A stretch of 64,000 bases of DNA from a bacterium (GTDB taxonomy: Bacteria; Patescibacteriota; Patescibacteriia; Patescibacteriales; UBA12465). The stretch is from positions 143,201-207,200 of the forward strand of contig JAJZRB010000001.1 of assembly GCA_021806615.1 (NCBI GenBank), in the 5' to 3' direction. The notes under the pieces are model-generated. The model was not told where the DNA came from. It saw nothing but the letters and a program-made list of their open reading frames with translations, and searched no databases. This document shows positions 25,285 to 35,330 of the stretch, one piece after another. The translations under genes and the position numbers were made by a program. Position 1 is the stretch's first letter; every line of letters begins with the position of its first letter.

Positions 25285-26436
25285 ATGAAAATCAAACCTT
25301 TAGCTGTCTTAGCATTTTTGGCTCTATTTTTATTTCCGTTAGCCGCTGTTAAGGCGGCTGATGCTAGGACCGGCAATACTGTTTACATACCGAAGGAGGA
25401 AATCGTCAATGGGAATCTCTACGCGGTGGGAGAAACGATAACCATAGACGGAACAATAAGCGGCGACTTGATCACCGTAGCCCAGACAGTGACGGTCAAT
25501 GGCCGGGTAGAGGGCGACGTCATCGCTCTCGGCCAGGATATTTTTATCAACGGTTCGGTGGGAGGCAATATCCGTATCGCTGGGAATACTCTAAATATCA
25601 ATGGCGATGTAGCCAGGAACGTTAATGTCTTTGGCGCTAAGGTCGTCTTAGGCCCGGATTCTCATATCGGTTGGGATGTTTATGTAGTCGGGGCTAACTC
25701 TGAAATAAGAGGAACTATTGACGGAAGCCTGGGCGGACAAGCGGGGCAAGCCTTAATCACCGGGAAAATAGGCAAAAACGTCAACTTGAAATTATCTGGG
25801 GACAGCCATACCGATCTGACCATCACTTCCGAAGCAATTATCAACGGCGATGTTACTTATAACAGCAAAAATGCGGCCAGCATTTCTCCTAAGTCATCGA
25901 TCGCCGGCAAAGTGCAGCAACAGTCTGCCGAAACCAAAAAATCTAATAGCGCCTGGTTGTGGCTATGGCAGAAATTGTTCTCCGTGTTTTCTGCTTTAGC
26001 GGTCGGCTTAGTGCTCATATTTATCGGTAAGAACATTAGCGCTAAAATTTTAGGAAAAATATCTGAGTCTCCCGCCAAAATGCTTTTGCCTGGCTTAGTC
26101 ATAATGTTTATCCTGCCGCCAATCGCCCTAGTCTTAATATTCACTCTGATCGGCATACCTCTAGCTCTCATGATCGGCGCCTGGTGGATATCGGCGACAT
26201 ATATCGCAAAGATTTACGCGGCTATTTTCATCGGGCAGTTTATCCTGAAAAAAATTATGGTCTCGAAAGAGTCGTCTTTGTCCTGGTCTCTCATCTTAGG
26301 AGTAATAATCTCCTGGCTTATATTTTCTATACCTTACGTCGGTTGGGTAATAAGCCTATTCGCAGCTTGGTTGGGGCTGGGGGCGATTTGGTTCTATACT
26401 ACGGAACAACTGGGAATAAATAACCAAGTAAAATAA
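25285..26436 (+). CDS. membrane protein with bactofilin-like (polymer-forming cytoskeletal) beta-helix repeats
   Basis: 383 aa. After a signal-like N-terminus come repeated ..GD(V/L)I..GQ.V.ING.V.G.. turns, then about 4 C-terminal TM helices. Confidence 0.55.
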   Translation: MKIKPLAVLAFLALFLFPLAAVKAADARTGNTVYIPKEEIVNGNLYAVGETITIDGTISGDLITVAQTVTVNGRVEGDVIALGQDIFINGSVGGNIRIAGNTLNINGDVARNVNVFGAKVVLGPDSHIGWDVYVVGANSEIRGTIDGSLGGQAGQALITGKIGKNVNLKLSGDSHTDLTITSEAIINGDVTYNSKNAASISPKSSIAGKVQQQSAETKKSNSAWLWLWQKLFSVFSALAVGLVLIFIGKNISAKILGKISESPAKMLLPGLVIMFILPPIALVLIFTLIGIPLALMIGAWWISATYIAKIYAAIFIGQFILKKIMVSKESSLSWSLILGVIISWLIFSIPYVGWVISLFAAWLGLGAIWFYTTEQLGINNQVK

Positions 26437-26440
26437 AATT

Positions 26441-27862
26441 ATGAAAATCAATCCAGACATATTCCGCGGCTACGATTTGCGCGGCATCGTCAATAAAGAT
26501 CTGAACCCGGACCTGGTTGAACATATCGGCAAGGCTTACGGCACTTATTTAAAAAGGCATAACGTAATCCGGGCAGTCGTCGGTCAGGACTGCCGCGCCA
26601 CCAGCCAAGAATATAGTGAAGCCATTATCAAGGGTCTGACTTGGGCCGGCATCAATGTCGTGGATATCGGCTTGAATATGGTAGGCACTTTCTATTGGGC
26701 GCAATATTATCTTAACTGCCAGGGAGGAGTCTTTGTCACCGCCTCGCATAATCCGGCCGAATATAACGGCTTTAAATTCGCTAATGGATTCTCGGAAACG
26801 TTAGTTTCCGACGGCATGCAAGAACTAAGAAAAATGGTAGAAACTGACGATTACGAAATAGGCCAACAATTAGGGATAATCACCAAACAAGACATCCGCG
26901 AAGTCTATTTTTCTGATTTGATCAAACGCTTCACCTTCCTCAAAAGATTTAAAGTCGTAGTAGACGCCAGTTGTGCCACGGCCGGAGTAATCGTCCCCGA
27001 TCTTTTGCGCCAAATCGGCTGTACGGTCATAGAAAGTAATTGCCAGATAGATCCGAGCTTTCCTCTCGGCACTCCAGACCCGACAGAAGTCAGCCTGGCT
27101 AACCGCTTACGCGATCGCGTCCTAGCAGAAAAAGCAGATATCGGCTTTTCCTACGACGCGGACGGCGACCGGATAGGCATCGTCGACGAACAGGGCGGGA
27201 TAATCTGGAATGACATCCTAGTGGCCTTATTCGCTTCTGATGTCTTAGAAAAACATCCCGGAGACATCATCATGTTCAACACCTTATGTTCTCGCACTGT
27301 CGTGGAAACAATATTGAATAAAGGCGGCCGCCCTTTTATGTGGCGGACTGGCCATTCCTTCTTAAAGAAGAAAAATCAAGAGGTCGGCGCCGCTTTCATC
27401 GGCGAGCTATCCGGACATTTTTTCTTTTCCAAAGATTTCTATAATCACGACGATGGATGCTATTCTACTCTGCGTCTGTTAAGCTACCTAGGGAGGAACA
27501 AACAAACCCTGTCGCAGCTAGTCGCCACTCTGCCGCATTATGATTCCAGCCCGGAAATAAAAGTCGGGACGCCTGATCACCTAAAGGTGCCGCTAATTGA
27601 AAAAATTTCCGTTATCTTAAAAAATGATTTTCCTAAAGCTGAAGTCATTGACGATGAAAGGGCCGGAGACGGCGTCCGTCTGGAAATGGAAGACGCGATG
27701 TTCGTCGTCCGCTATTCGCAAAACGGGCCTTATCTGACCGTAAAATTCGAAGCTAAGACGGCCGATCGCTATGGAGAGTTGAAACAATATATTAATAAAT
27801 TATTGCACCGATTCCCTGAAGTTGATTGGAGCTTCGGCGTCAATGTAGAAAGCTTAGAGTAA
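26441..27862 (+). CDS. phosphomannomutase/phosphoglucomutase
   Basis: 473 aa with the active-site TASHNPAEYNGFK and the metal loop FSYDADGDR. Confidence 0.9.
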   Translation: MKINPDIFRGYDLRGIVNKDLNPDLVEHIGKAYGTYLKRHNVIRAVVGQDCRATSQEYSEAIIKGLTWAGINVVDIGLNMVGTFYWAQYYLNCQGGVFVTASHNPAEYNGFKFANGFSETLVSDGMQELRKMVETDDYEIGQQLGIITKQDIREVYFSDLIKRFTFLKRFKVVVDASCATAGVIVPDLLRQIGCTVIESNCQIDPSFPLGTPDPTEVSLANRLRDRVLAEKADIGFSYDADGDRIGIVDEQGGIIWNDILVALFASDVLEKHPGDIIMFNTLCSRTVVETILNKGGRPFMWRTGHSFLKKKNQEVGAAFIGELSGHFFFSKDFYNHDDGCYSTLRLLSYLGRNKQTLSQLVATLPHYDSSPEIKVGTPDHLKVPLIEKISVILKNDFPKAEVIDDERAGDGVRLEMEDAMFVVRYSQNGPYLTVKFEAKTADRYGELKQYINKLLHRFPEVDWSFGVNVESLE

Positions 27863-27886
27863 GCAACAAACAAAAATCGGATAAAT

Positions 27887-27917
27887 AAAAAGAGCCTAAA
27901 TAGATAGGCTCTTTTTT
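27887..27917. terminator. bidirectional hairpin terminator
   Basis: AAAAAGAGCCTA-AATAGA-TAGGCTCTTTTTT. Confidence 0.7.
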
Positions 27918-27931
27918 ATTAGCTGAATCTT

Positions 27932-28192
27932 CTATTTGCGGCGCTCCACTTCGATAGTGCACTTATTCACCACGGCCGCTAAAGCGCCAATGGCGGCTAA
28001 AACCGGAGCGAAGACTGTCCCGACTACGGCAAAAGTCATCGGGATTTCCACCAGCACCTTTCCTTTTTCATTCTTGATGAGAATGCGGTGGACATTCCCC
28101 TCCTTGATCAATTCCTTGACTTTCTTCAAAACTTCATGGCCATAAACCTTGAATTGCTCCCGGGTTGATTCCTGTTGATTTCTTTTAGGCAT
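27932..28192 (-). CDS. DUF4342-like small protein
   Basis: 86 aa. ..EGNVHRILIKNEKGKVLVEIP.. is followed by a hydrophobic G/A-rich segment. Confidence 0.5.
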   Translation of the reverse strand: MPKRNQQESTREQFKVYGHEVLKKVKELIKEGNVHRILIKNEKGKVLVEIPMTFAVVGTVFAPVLAAIGALAAVVNKCTIEVERRK

Positions 28193-28229
28193 AGGTTAAA
28201 AATTATTTATTATCGATCTAACTATAAAA

Positions 28230-28634
28230 TTATTTTTTTATATTCCGCGATTGATAGGTCTGTTTGGATTTGCGGGTAATCGCCAAGATAGTCAAGACGG
28301 CGATATAAGAAGAAATCACGGATGAAGGAATATGGTAAGAATTGTGGTCGATGAATTCCGCCGCCACCAAGACAGCTAGAAGAATAGACCACATGATCAC
28401 GAATACTTCTCCTGGATGCTGGCGGCGATGGTGGTTATACCAACGCTCAAATTCTTTATTGCTGACATAAATTGCCAGGGCGCCGATATAGACGACAGAT
28501 ACTAGATCTAAAATCTCTTCGCTGGAATTACCAGAAAAAAAATCATAGATAATCACGAAAAAAAATAAAAAAGACCAGGCGTTTATCAGGTGGCGCCAGA
28601 AATCAAAGTTCGTCATCATCCCCTTTTTATTCAT
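28230..28634 (-). CDS. membrane protein (hypothetical)
   Basis: 134 aa with 4 predicted TM helices. Confidence 0.5.
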   Translation of the reverse strand: MNKKGMMTNFDFWRHLINAWSFLFFFVIIYDFFSGNSSEEILDLVSVVYIGALAIYVSNKEFERWYNHHRRQHPGEVFVIMWSILLAVLVAAEFIDHNSYHIPSSVISSYIAVLTILAITRKSKQTYQSRNIKK

Positions 28635-28701
28635 ATAGTTCTATTTTTGCTAGCTTTGGCTCTATATAAAGTATAACAAAGATATTTAAATTATAAAAAT
28701 A

Positions 28702-28729
28702 TTGACAAACGACGGCTCTCCTGTAAAAT
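28702..28729 (+). promoter_or_regulatory. candidate promoter for ORF 28783..29202
   Basis: TTGACA, 16-nt spacer, TAAAAT. It lies inside the 5' extension of the track ORF. Confidence 0.5.
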
Positions 28730-28782
28730 ATAAACACAATTATAGCCCACTAATCGTTCATTTAAAAGAAAGGTCCAGCCCT

Positions 28783-29202
28783 ATGAGAAAGAAAGGAATA
28801 AGCAGCCTCCAGGACATGGCGAGCTCTAACCGCCACATCTGTACCGATTGCCATTTGGTGTTCGCGCCCTATGATCCCAACAAGGTTCTCTATGCTCACC
28901 CGCAAGGATGGCATATAGAAATCTGCTATGATCATTTAATGGCGAGATTCAATCAACCGGGCACTTGCTTCGTGCCGATACCCAATAAAGCGCCGAAAAA
29001 TTTTGATCTGGTAAAGTATTTAAACGATACCAGGACAAATCTTCTGACCCAACCCCTAAGAACCAGAAGGACTCAAAAAACAATCAGGATTATTACTGAA
29101 TTGTTGGACGAGACAAAGCTTTCTAAGTACGTCGGCGGGGTAGCGGAATTCTTTTCAATCGGATTAAAAGAGATGGCTTGCCCCATCTTAATAACCGCTT
29201 AA
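28783..29202 (+). CDS. hypothetical Cys/His-rich protein
   Basis: The track ORF was trimmed to Met28, which is preceded by AAAGAAAGG and lies downstream of the promoter. The motif ..HICTDCH..CYDH.. is present. Confidence 0.5.
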   Translation: MRKKGISSLQDMASSNRHICTDCHLVFAPYDPNKVLYAHPQGWHIEICYDHLMARFNQPGTCFVPIPNKAPKNFDLVKYLNDTRTNLLTQPLRTRRTQKTIRIITELLDETKLSKYVGGVAEFFSIGLKEMACPILITA

Positions 29203-29284
29203 TTATCAAGGTTAGCTTCTTAGCTAACCTTTTTTAGTATAAAAAAGGGCTAAATTTAATTTAGCCCTAGTTTCGCAAATCACT

Positions 29285-29872
29285 CTAGATCTTATTTTCA
29301 TTGCCAGCCAATAACCGACCGATATTTTTTCTATGGCTATAGACTATAACCAATAAAAACAAGATGGATAGCAACGTTATCGGAAGATTATCCCCGGCCC
29401 AGGGATGGGTTTTGAATATTTGCGACAAAAAAATAACTGTCGCTCCGACCATCGACCCGAGAGAAACATATCTCGTTATCAAGACAATAACGATAAAAAT
29501 ACTGAGAGCGATGGCAATACCCACCGGGTTAAGAACAAAGAATACTCCGGTCGCTGTAGCCACCCCTTTGCCCCCTTTAAAATGAAAGAAAAGAGGAAGA
29601 AGATGACCGATGACAGCCATCAGCCCGATAGCGACTAGATGCCAATACGATAAACCCGCGAGATAGCCTAGCCAAACCGGGATAATGCCCTTAGACATAT
29701 CTAACAAAAGAACTGCCGCTCCAGCCTTTTTCCCAAGGACTCTAAATACGTTAGTGGCGCCGATATTGCCGCTGCCGATTTTTTTCAGGTCAATATCTTT
29801 CTTTTTAGCCACTAGGGGGCCAAAAGGGATAGAACCGACCAGATAAGAAAAGATGAGTATAGCGATAAGCAT
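29285..29872 (-). CDS. plsY: glycerol-3-phosphate acyltransferase PlsY
   Basis: 195 aa with GSGNIGATNVFRVLG and HLLPLFFHFKGGKGVAT motifs. Confidence 0.93.
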   Translation of the reverse strand: MLIAILIFSYLVGSIPFGPLVAKKKDIDLKKIGSGNIGATNVFRVLGKKAGAAVLLLDMSKGIIPVWLGYLAGLSYWHLVAIGLMAVIGHLLPLFFHFKGGKGVATATGVFFVLNPVGIAIALSIFIVIVLITRYVSLGSMVGATVIFLSQIFKTHPWAGDNLPITLLSILFLLVIVYSHRKNIGRLLAGNENKI

Positions 29873-29919
29873 TGTTGCCTCCCGTTTTAGATTGTTGATT
29901 AATGAACATTTATTAAATG

Positions 29920-29991
29920 GGTGCCTACTGGGAATCGAACCCAGGCTAGCGGGACCACAACCCGCCGTTCTACCATTAAACCATAGGCACC
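29920..29991 (-). tRNA. tRNA-His(GTG)
   Basis: Anticodon arm GCGGG-TTGTGGT-CCCGC. An encoded extra 5' G (G-1) sits opposite C73. Confidence 0.88.
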
Positions 29992-30015
29992 ATGCTGTAA
30001 TTTTATTGTGGAACG

Positions 30016-30087
30016 TACGCCCGGGGGGAGTCGAACCCTCGTCTAGAGCTTAGAAGGCTCCCGTTCTATCCGCTGAACTACGGGCGC
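30016..30087 (-). tRNA. tRNA-Arg(TCT)
   Basis: Anticodon arm GGAGC-CTTCTAA-GCTCT and T loop TTCGACT. There is one mismatch in the T stem and a G1-U72 pair. Confidence 0.8.
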
Positions 30088-30144
30088 AAAAAAATATAAA
30101 TAAATTTAGGTTAATATTAATAGAAATATCAACTACTGTCAAAT

Positions 30145-30978
30145 CTAGCTTTCCCTCTGTCTTAAAACTTCAAATAAGATAATAGCGGCAGAAACAGAAA
30201 CATTTAGAGAGTCAATACCCGATCGCATCGGTATCTTTATTTTTTCATCGGCCGCCCGCAACCACTCCTGGCCTAGACCCTCAGATTCTGACCCAAAAAT
30301 AACAGCCGACGGACCAATAAGATCGGTCTCAGTATACTTCTTACAATCAGCTGTAGTGGCTGCGGCAAAACTTTTTATTTTATGAGCCTTAAGCCACTCC
30401 ATTGTCTCTATAGCCGAAGCAGTGGCTATCGTTTGCGTAAAAAGTTGTCCCTCGCTGGCTCTGATTACGTTTGGATTATAAATATCGACTTGATTATCAT
30501 TAAGAATGATAGCGGTAACGCCCGCGGCGTAAGCGGTGCGTAAAACCGCCCCCAAGTTCCCAGGTTTTTCTATCCGCTCCAAAACAACAATCAAAGGCTT
30601 GGCGCCTAATCTAATATGGCTTAAATCCATGATTTTTTTCTTGACTACAGCTAAGAATCCGTCTGGCGACTCCTTATAGCAGATCTTATGAAAAACCGGG
30701 GATGAAACCTTGGTTATTTTTTCGATCAGAGCGGCAGAAAGATCCATTGACTCCCTGGAATCGTCCGCTAACTCTGAACAAAAAAATAAAGATTCAATAT
30801 TCCAACCCGCCTTAAGGGCTATCTCTATCTCCCTTCTGCCATCAATGATAAAATTATCATTTTTCTTCTTGACTCTATTTTTCCTTAAATTTATTAACTC
30901 TTTTATGGTCGGGTTGTGAGGACTATTAATAGTAATCATAGATAAATTATAACTCAAGATAATTTTATTATATAACAA
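30145..30978 (-). CDS. SpoU/TrmH-family RNA 2'-O-methyltransferase
   Basis: 277 aa with ..IEKPGNLGAVLRTA.. and ..IPMRSGIDSLNVSVSAAI... The start could instead be Met14 (30939). Confidence 0.85.
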   Translation of the reverse strand: MLYNKIILSYNLSMITINSPHNPTIKELINLRKNRVKKKNDNFIIDGRREIEIALKAGWNIESLFFCSELADDSRESMDLSAALIEKITKVSSPVFHKICYKESPDGFLAVVKKKIMDLSHIRLGAKPLIVVLERIEKPGNLGAVLRTAYAAGVTAIILNDNQVDIYNPNVIRASEGQLFTQTIATASAIETMEWLKAHKIKSFAAATTADCKKYTETDLIGPSAVIFGSESEGLGQEWLRAADEKIKIPMRSGIDSLNVSVSAAIILFEVLRQRES

Positions 30979-31010
30979 TTATGATATAATAACTATTATA
31001 ATTCTATATT

Positions 31011-33884
31011 ATGCCTATACCCTATTTAAAAGCCAAAACATCTTCCCCTTGGCGCGACTATAAAAATTATAAGGGATCACGACCGACCGACCGCCGGAAA
31101 AGAATAAGGTTAGCTAAAAAATTAGTTATATTCGCTTTATTTTCAGCCCTTATACTGCTCATCGTCGGATCTGTCTATGTGGCGGTTATTTCTAAAGATC
31201 TGCCCAACCCTAATCAATTAATAAACCGAGAGGTCGCCCAAAGCACTAAGATTTATGATCGTACAGGAGAGCACGTCTTATATGAAATAAGCGGCGATCA
31301 AAAAAGAACCTTAGTCGCTCTCAAAGACATCCCAAACTATGTCAAGGAAGCGACGATCGCGATCGAAGATAAAAATTTTTATAAACACGGCGCTTTCAGT
31401 ATTTGGGCTATGTTCCGCACCGCCATAACCAATGTCCTTTTCAGCCGTAGCGCCGGCGGCTCAACTTTGACGCAGCAATTCGTAAAGAATGCTATATTAA
31501 CCCCAGAAAAAACGTTAACTCGTAAAATCAAAGAGTTAGTGTTGTCTTACCGCCTGGAAAAAAAGTTTTCCAAAGACGAGATTCTCCAAATGTATCTAAA
31601 CGAGATCCCTTATGGTTCTAACGCTTACGGCGTAGAGGCGGCTGCTCAAAAATATTTTGGCAAAGACATCAAAGATGTAAGCCTGCCGGAAGCAGCGATA
31701 TTGGCCGCCATCGTCCAAACTCCGAGCCGTTATTCTCCCTACGGACCCAATAAAGACTTGCTTTTAAGTCGCAAGGACTATGTCTTGGATCTAATGGCCG
31801 AACAGGGTTATATTTCCGCCGTCGAAAGAGACGCGGCGAAAAAACAAGAAATAAAATTTAAAGGGCCGGAAACTAATATCACCGCCCCACATTTCGTCAT
31901 GTATATCAAGGATATTCTAGCGGAAAAGTACGGTGAAAAAATGGTAGAACAAGATGGGCTAAAGATCTACACGACCTTAGATCTATATAAGCAAAAAGCG
32001 GCAGAGGAGGTTATCGCAGCCAGGACTAAAGATTATCCCAAAAAATATAATGCCAATAACGCGGCCTTAGTGTCTATCGATCCTAAAACCGGACAAATTT
32101 TAGCCATGGTCGGAAGTCGTGATTTTTTTGATGATTCTATAGACGGCCAAGTTAATGTGGCGACTAGACCGCGACAGCCGGGATCTTCTATGAAACCTAT
32201 TGTTTACGCCGCCCTGTTTGAAAAAGGTTATACCCCGGATACTTTATTATATGATGTGGTGACTAATTTTTCTACTGATACCAATAAACCGTACGAACCG
32301 CACGACTACGACAATAAGGAGCGCGGACCGGTGACAATCAGACAGGCGCTAGCCGGGTCGCTGAATATACCAGCCGTCAAGGCTATTTACCTCGCGGGCA
32401 TCAACAGCGTCCTGGATCTGGCGGATAATCTGGGTTATACAACGCTCTACCCGCGTAGCCGCTTTGGCCTTTCTTTGGTCCTAGGCGGCGGAGAAGTAAA
32501 GTTATTAGAACACACCAACGCTTACAGCGCTTTCGCTCGTGACGGGCAAATTAGCCCTATTGTCAGCATCTTAAAGGTGGAGGACAAGGATGGGCGTATT
32601 ATTGAAGAATATAAGCCGAGTGATAAAAAAGCCATTGATTCAAAAATAGTCAGAATGGTTAATAGTGTCCTGACTGATAATGACGCCAGGTCTTTCGTCT
32701 TCGGAATTAAGAATTTTCTTAATCTCGGCGACCGCCCGGTCGCGGCCAAGACTGGGACAACAAACGATTTCCATGATGCTTGGACTATCGGCTACACCCC
32801 GTCTCTAGTCACCGGCGTCTGGGTCGGTAATAGTGATAACAAAGCTATGAAAAGAGGCGCAGACGGAAGCGTTGTCGCCGCCCCGATCTGGCATGATTAT
32901 ATGGCTCGAGTCTTAGGGGACACGCCAATAGAAACCTTCAAGGCGCCCGACGATTACAAGACCGGCAAGCCGATCCTTGACGGACGAATACCTTGGGAAA
33001 GTGTCAAAGTAGATATTAGCACTGGACAAAGAGCTTCGAGTTCTACGCCTTTGGAATTAATAAACGAAAAAACCGCTCCCGCCATCCACAATATCCTATA
33101 TTTCATAAATAAGGATGACCCCTTGGGGCCAGCACCGACTGACCCGAGCTCCGATCCACAATTCTCTCTTTGGGAAAACTCCGTTCAGTCTTGGGTAGAA
33201 AAAAACGCCACCTCATCCACCCTGTCTTCGCTTTTAGCTAGCTCTACGGACACGATGATTAACGGCAATAAAAATCCAACAGATAATAAATTTACCATTA
33301 AGATAGACTCTCCCTTATTGAACCAAACGATCAATACTCCGAATTTAGAGGTACAGATAGAAGCCGGGAATATGCCGAATATTATCCGCACCGAATATTA
33401 TATCAACAACAATCTCTGGGAAACTCAGATAGGCCTACCCAGCCATTTTATAAAGGGGATAGGCTTTTTGAATAACGGTTACCAAACACTGAAAGCCAGG
33501 GTTTGTGACAACACGGAATCTTGCAGTGAAACAAGCGTCAATTTCAATGTTCTAATCCCTAATAACCAAGTGAGTGCCGGGCGGAACTCCGTAAGAATAA
33601 CCAGCCCGACGGCCGGCACGGCGGCTCGAGGCATAGACTTTCCTTTGCCAGTCAAGCTCCAAATAGTCAGGCTGGCACGGGCCGCCCAAATTGATCTTTT
33701 AGTTAAAAGCAGCGACGGGACGATAACCACCCTTAAAAATACCGATAGCATAACGGGCGAGAACCCGCAGTTAACGTGGGATACGGCTCCGCCTCCCGGC
33801 GTCTACATCCTTTATGCCGAACTGCATGATTGGAACGGAGATATAATAAAGAGCAATGATATAAAAATAGTGATCAGCAAATAA
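31011..33884 (+). CDS. class A penicillin-binding protein (transglycosylase/transpeptidase) with a long C-terminal extension
   Basis: 957 aa with GT51 motifs EDKNFYKHGAF, GGSTLTQQ and RKIKE, and transpeptidase motifs SSMK and KTGTT. Confidence 0.92.
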   Translation: MPIPYLKAKTSSPWRDYKNYKGSRPTDRRKRIRLAKKLVIFALFSALILLIVGSVYVAVISKDLPNPNQLINREVAQSTKIYDRTGEHVLYEISGDQKRTLVALKDIPNYVKEATIAIEDKNFYKHGAFSIWAMFRTAITNVLFSRSAGGSTLTQQFVKNAILTPEKTLTRKIKELVLSYRLEKKFSKDEILQMYLNEIPYGSNAYGVEAAAQKYFGKDIKDVSLPEAAILAAIVQTPSRYSPYGPNKDLLLSRKDYVLDLMAEQGYISAVERDAAKKQEIKFKGPETNITAPHFVMYIKDILAEKYGEKMVEQDGLKIYTTLDLYKQKAAEEVIAARTKDYPKKYNANNAALVSIDPKTGQILAMVGSRDFFDDSIDGQVNVATRPRQPGSSMKPIVYAALFEKGYTPDTLLYDVVTNFSTDTNKPYEPHDYDNKERGPVTIRQALAGSLNIPAVKAIYLAGINSVLDLADNLGYTTLYPRSRFGLSLVLGGGEVKLLEHTNAYSAFARDGQISPIVSILKVEDKDGRIIEEYKPSDKKAIDSKIVRMVNSVLTDNDARSFVFGIKNFLNLGDRPVAAKTGTTNDFHDAWTIGYTPSLVTGVWVGNSDNKAMKRGADGSVVAAPIWHDYMARVLGDTPIETFKAPDDYKTGKPILDGRIPWESVKVDISTGQRASSSTPLELINEKTAPAIHNILYFINKDDPLGPAPTDPSSDPQFSLWENSVQSWVEKNATSSTLSSLLASSTDTMINGNKNPTDNKFTIKIDSPLLNQTINTPNLEVQIEAGNMPNIIRTEYYINNNLWETQIGLPSHFIKGIGFLNNGYQTLKARVCDNTESCSETSVNFNVLIPNNQVSAGRNSVRITSPTAGTAARGIDFPLPVKLQIVRLARAAQIDLLVKSSDGTITTLKNTDSITGENPQLTWDTAPPPGVYILYAELHDWNGDIIKSNDIKIVISK

Positions 33885-33894
33885 TTAAATATAT

Positions 33895-33920
33895 AAAAAC
33901 AGCCTAAAATGGCTGTTTTT
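33895..33920. terminator. bidirectional hairpin terminator
   Basis: AAAAACAGCC-TAAAAT-GGCTGTTTTT lies between the convergent PBP gene and dnaN. Confidence 0.75.
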
Positions 33921-33944
33921 ATAATAAAATATTTTCTATGGCTG

Positions 33945-35069
33945 TTATTGTCTGATCGGCATTACTATATATAAGTATTTATCGTCTTTTTCCGGTTTTA
34001 ACAAACAAGGAGTAGTACTATTTAAAATATTGATTTTTACCCTTTCATCGGCAATATTATTTAAACCATCTATCAGATAGCGATAATTGATTGTTATCTC
34101 ATTATCATCGCCCTTGATATCGGCGAGAACTTCTATCTGGCTTTCGCCGCTTGCGCCGGAAAAAGCAGAAACAATAATTTTATTTTTAACGAAACGCAAC
34201 GCGACATCGTTGATACCGGTTTTAGAAAACAGCGCCGCCGCTTTAACCGCCCGGGATAATTCTTGTCGTTCAACCAAAACATCAGTTTGGCTCTTGACTG
34301 GAATAATCTGCTTATAATCCGGGTAGTGGCCGTTAATCAGCCGGGAAATCAGATCAACCGAGTCAACCGTAAATAATATTTGGTTTTCCGCCAAATAAAT
34401 TTTTAGTTCTTGTTCCTCGCTTTGTCCGCTACCATAAAAATTATTAAGCACTCTTAATAGTTCTTGGGTTGTCCTGGCCGGCACGATAACTTTATGTTCT
34501 TCATTTATATCCGACCCACTTATACTGATTTCTCTTTCCGCCAAGCGATAACTGTCCGTGGCCGCCAGGTGAAGGCTGTTTTTATTAAAAGAAAACAATA
34601 CGCCGGTCAACTCTACTCGGTTTTCACTTGTAGAAACAGCAAAAACTACGCTTTCTAAAGCTTTTTTAAAATCATCGGCTTGGCAGCTATAATAATTATC
34701 TTTAGGAATAGATGGTATCAGCGGAAACTCTTTTGACGACTCACCCTTTATTTTTGTTTTATAACTGCCGCACTCCACCTTTAATTCCCCGTCTTTCTCC
34801 TCTAATTTGACCTTTTCGCCGCCGCTCAACAAAGAAACATATTCGGATATCAGCTTGGAGTCTACGGTGAATTGTCCTTCCTGTTCTATCTTGCCGCGCA
34901 ACTGGTAAACTATGCCTATTTCCAGGTTAGTGCTAATCAACTCAATGTTCCCGTTTTCTGTTTTAATTAAGACATTGTTAAGAATCGGCAAGTTAATATT
35001 CTTAGCCGTTACATGCCCGACGATATTTAAACCCCTTTTTAAATTTTCTTGCAAGCTGATAAGACGCAT
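33945..35069 (-). CDS. dnaN: DNA polymerase III beta sliding clamp
   Basis: 374 aa, immediately downstream of dnaA, with a typical three-domain length and a ..MPIRQ C-terminus. Confidence 0.92.
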   Translation of the reverse strand: MRLISLQENLKRGLNIVGHVTAKNINLPILNNVLIKTENGNIELISTNLEIGIVYQLRGKIEQEGQFTVDSKLISEYVSLLSGGEKVKLEEKDGELKVECGSYKTKIKGESSKEFPLIPSIPKDNYYSCQADDFKKALESVVFAVSTSENRVELTGVLFSFNKNSLHLAATDSYRLAEREISISGSDINEEHKVIVPARTTQELLRVLNNFYGSGQSEEQELKIYLAENQILFTVDSVDLISRLINGHYPDYKQIIPVKSQTDVLVERQELSRAVKAAALFSKTGINDVALRFVKNKIIVSAFSGASGESQIEVLADIKGDDNEITINYRYLIDGLNNIADERVKINILNSTTPCLLKPEKDDKYLYIVMPIRQ

Positions 35070-35330
35070 ATGATTAGCTGCCTATTATATTATTAATTCT
35101 TTAATTAGTAATTAATAATAGTAATAAGGGCGGGGATAACTGTTTGTTTTTATATATTTTCTATTTTTTATTGGGAACTTTTAAGATTTTATAGTTAATA
35201 ACCTATAGTATTAAATGTTAATTGTTTTCGCGAGATTGTTGATAAATAAATTTGTTTTTTAATTATCAACAACTTATTATAACTTATCTCCCGGAAACTA
35301 ACAGCCTTTCAACAAGATATAAACATCTGG
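35070..35330. other. candidate oriC segment (dnaA-dnaN intergenic region)
   Basis: The noncoding stretch is very AT-rich. DnaA-box-like 9-mers are tgttgataa (35237-35245) and ttatcaaca (35263-35271), each 8/9 to TTATCCACA, plus cggggataa (35131-35139, 7/9). Confidence 0.55.

Noticed and set aside
29853-30053. Track ORF 29853..30053 (+)
   Set aside because: It overlaps tRNA-His and tRNA-Arg on the opposite strand.
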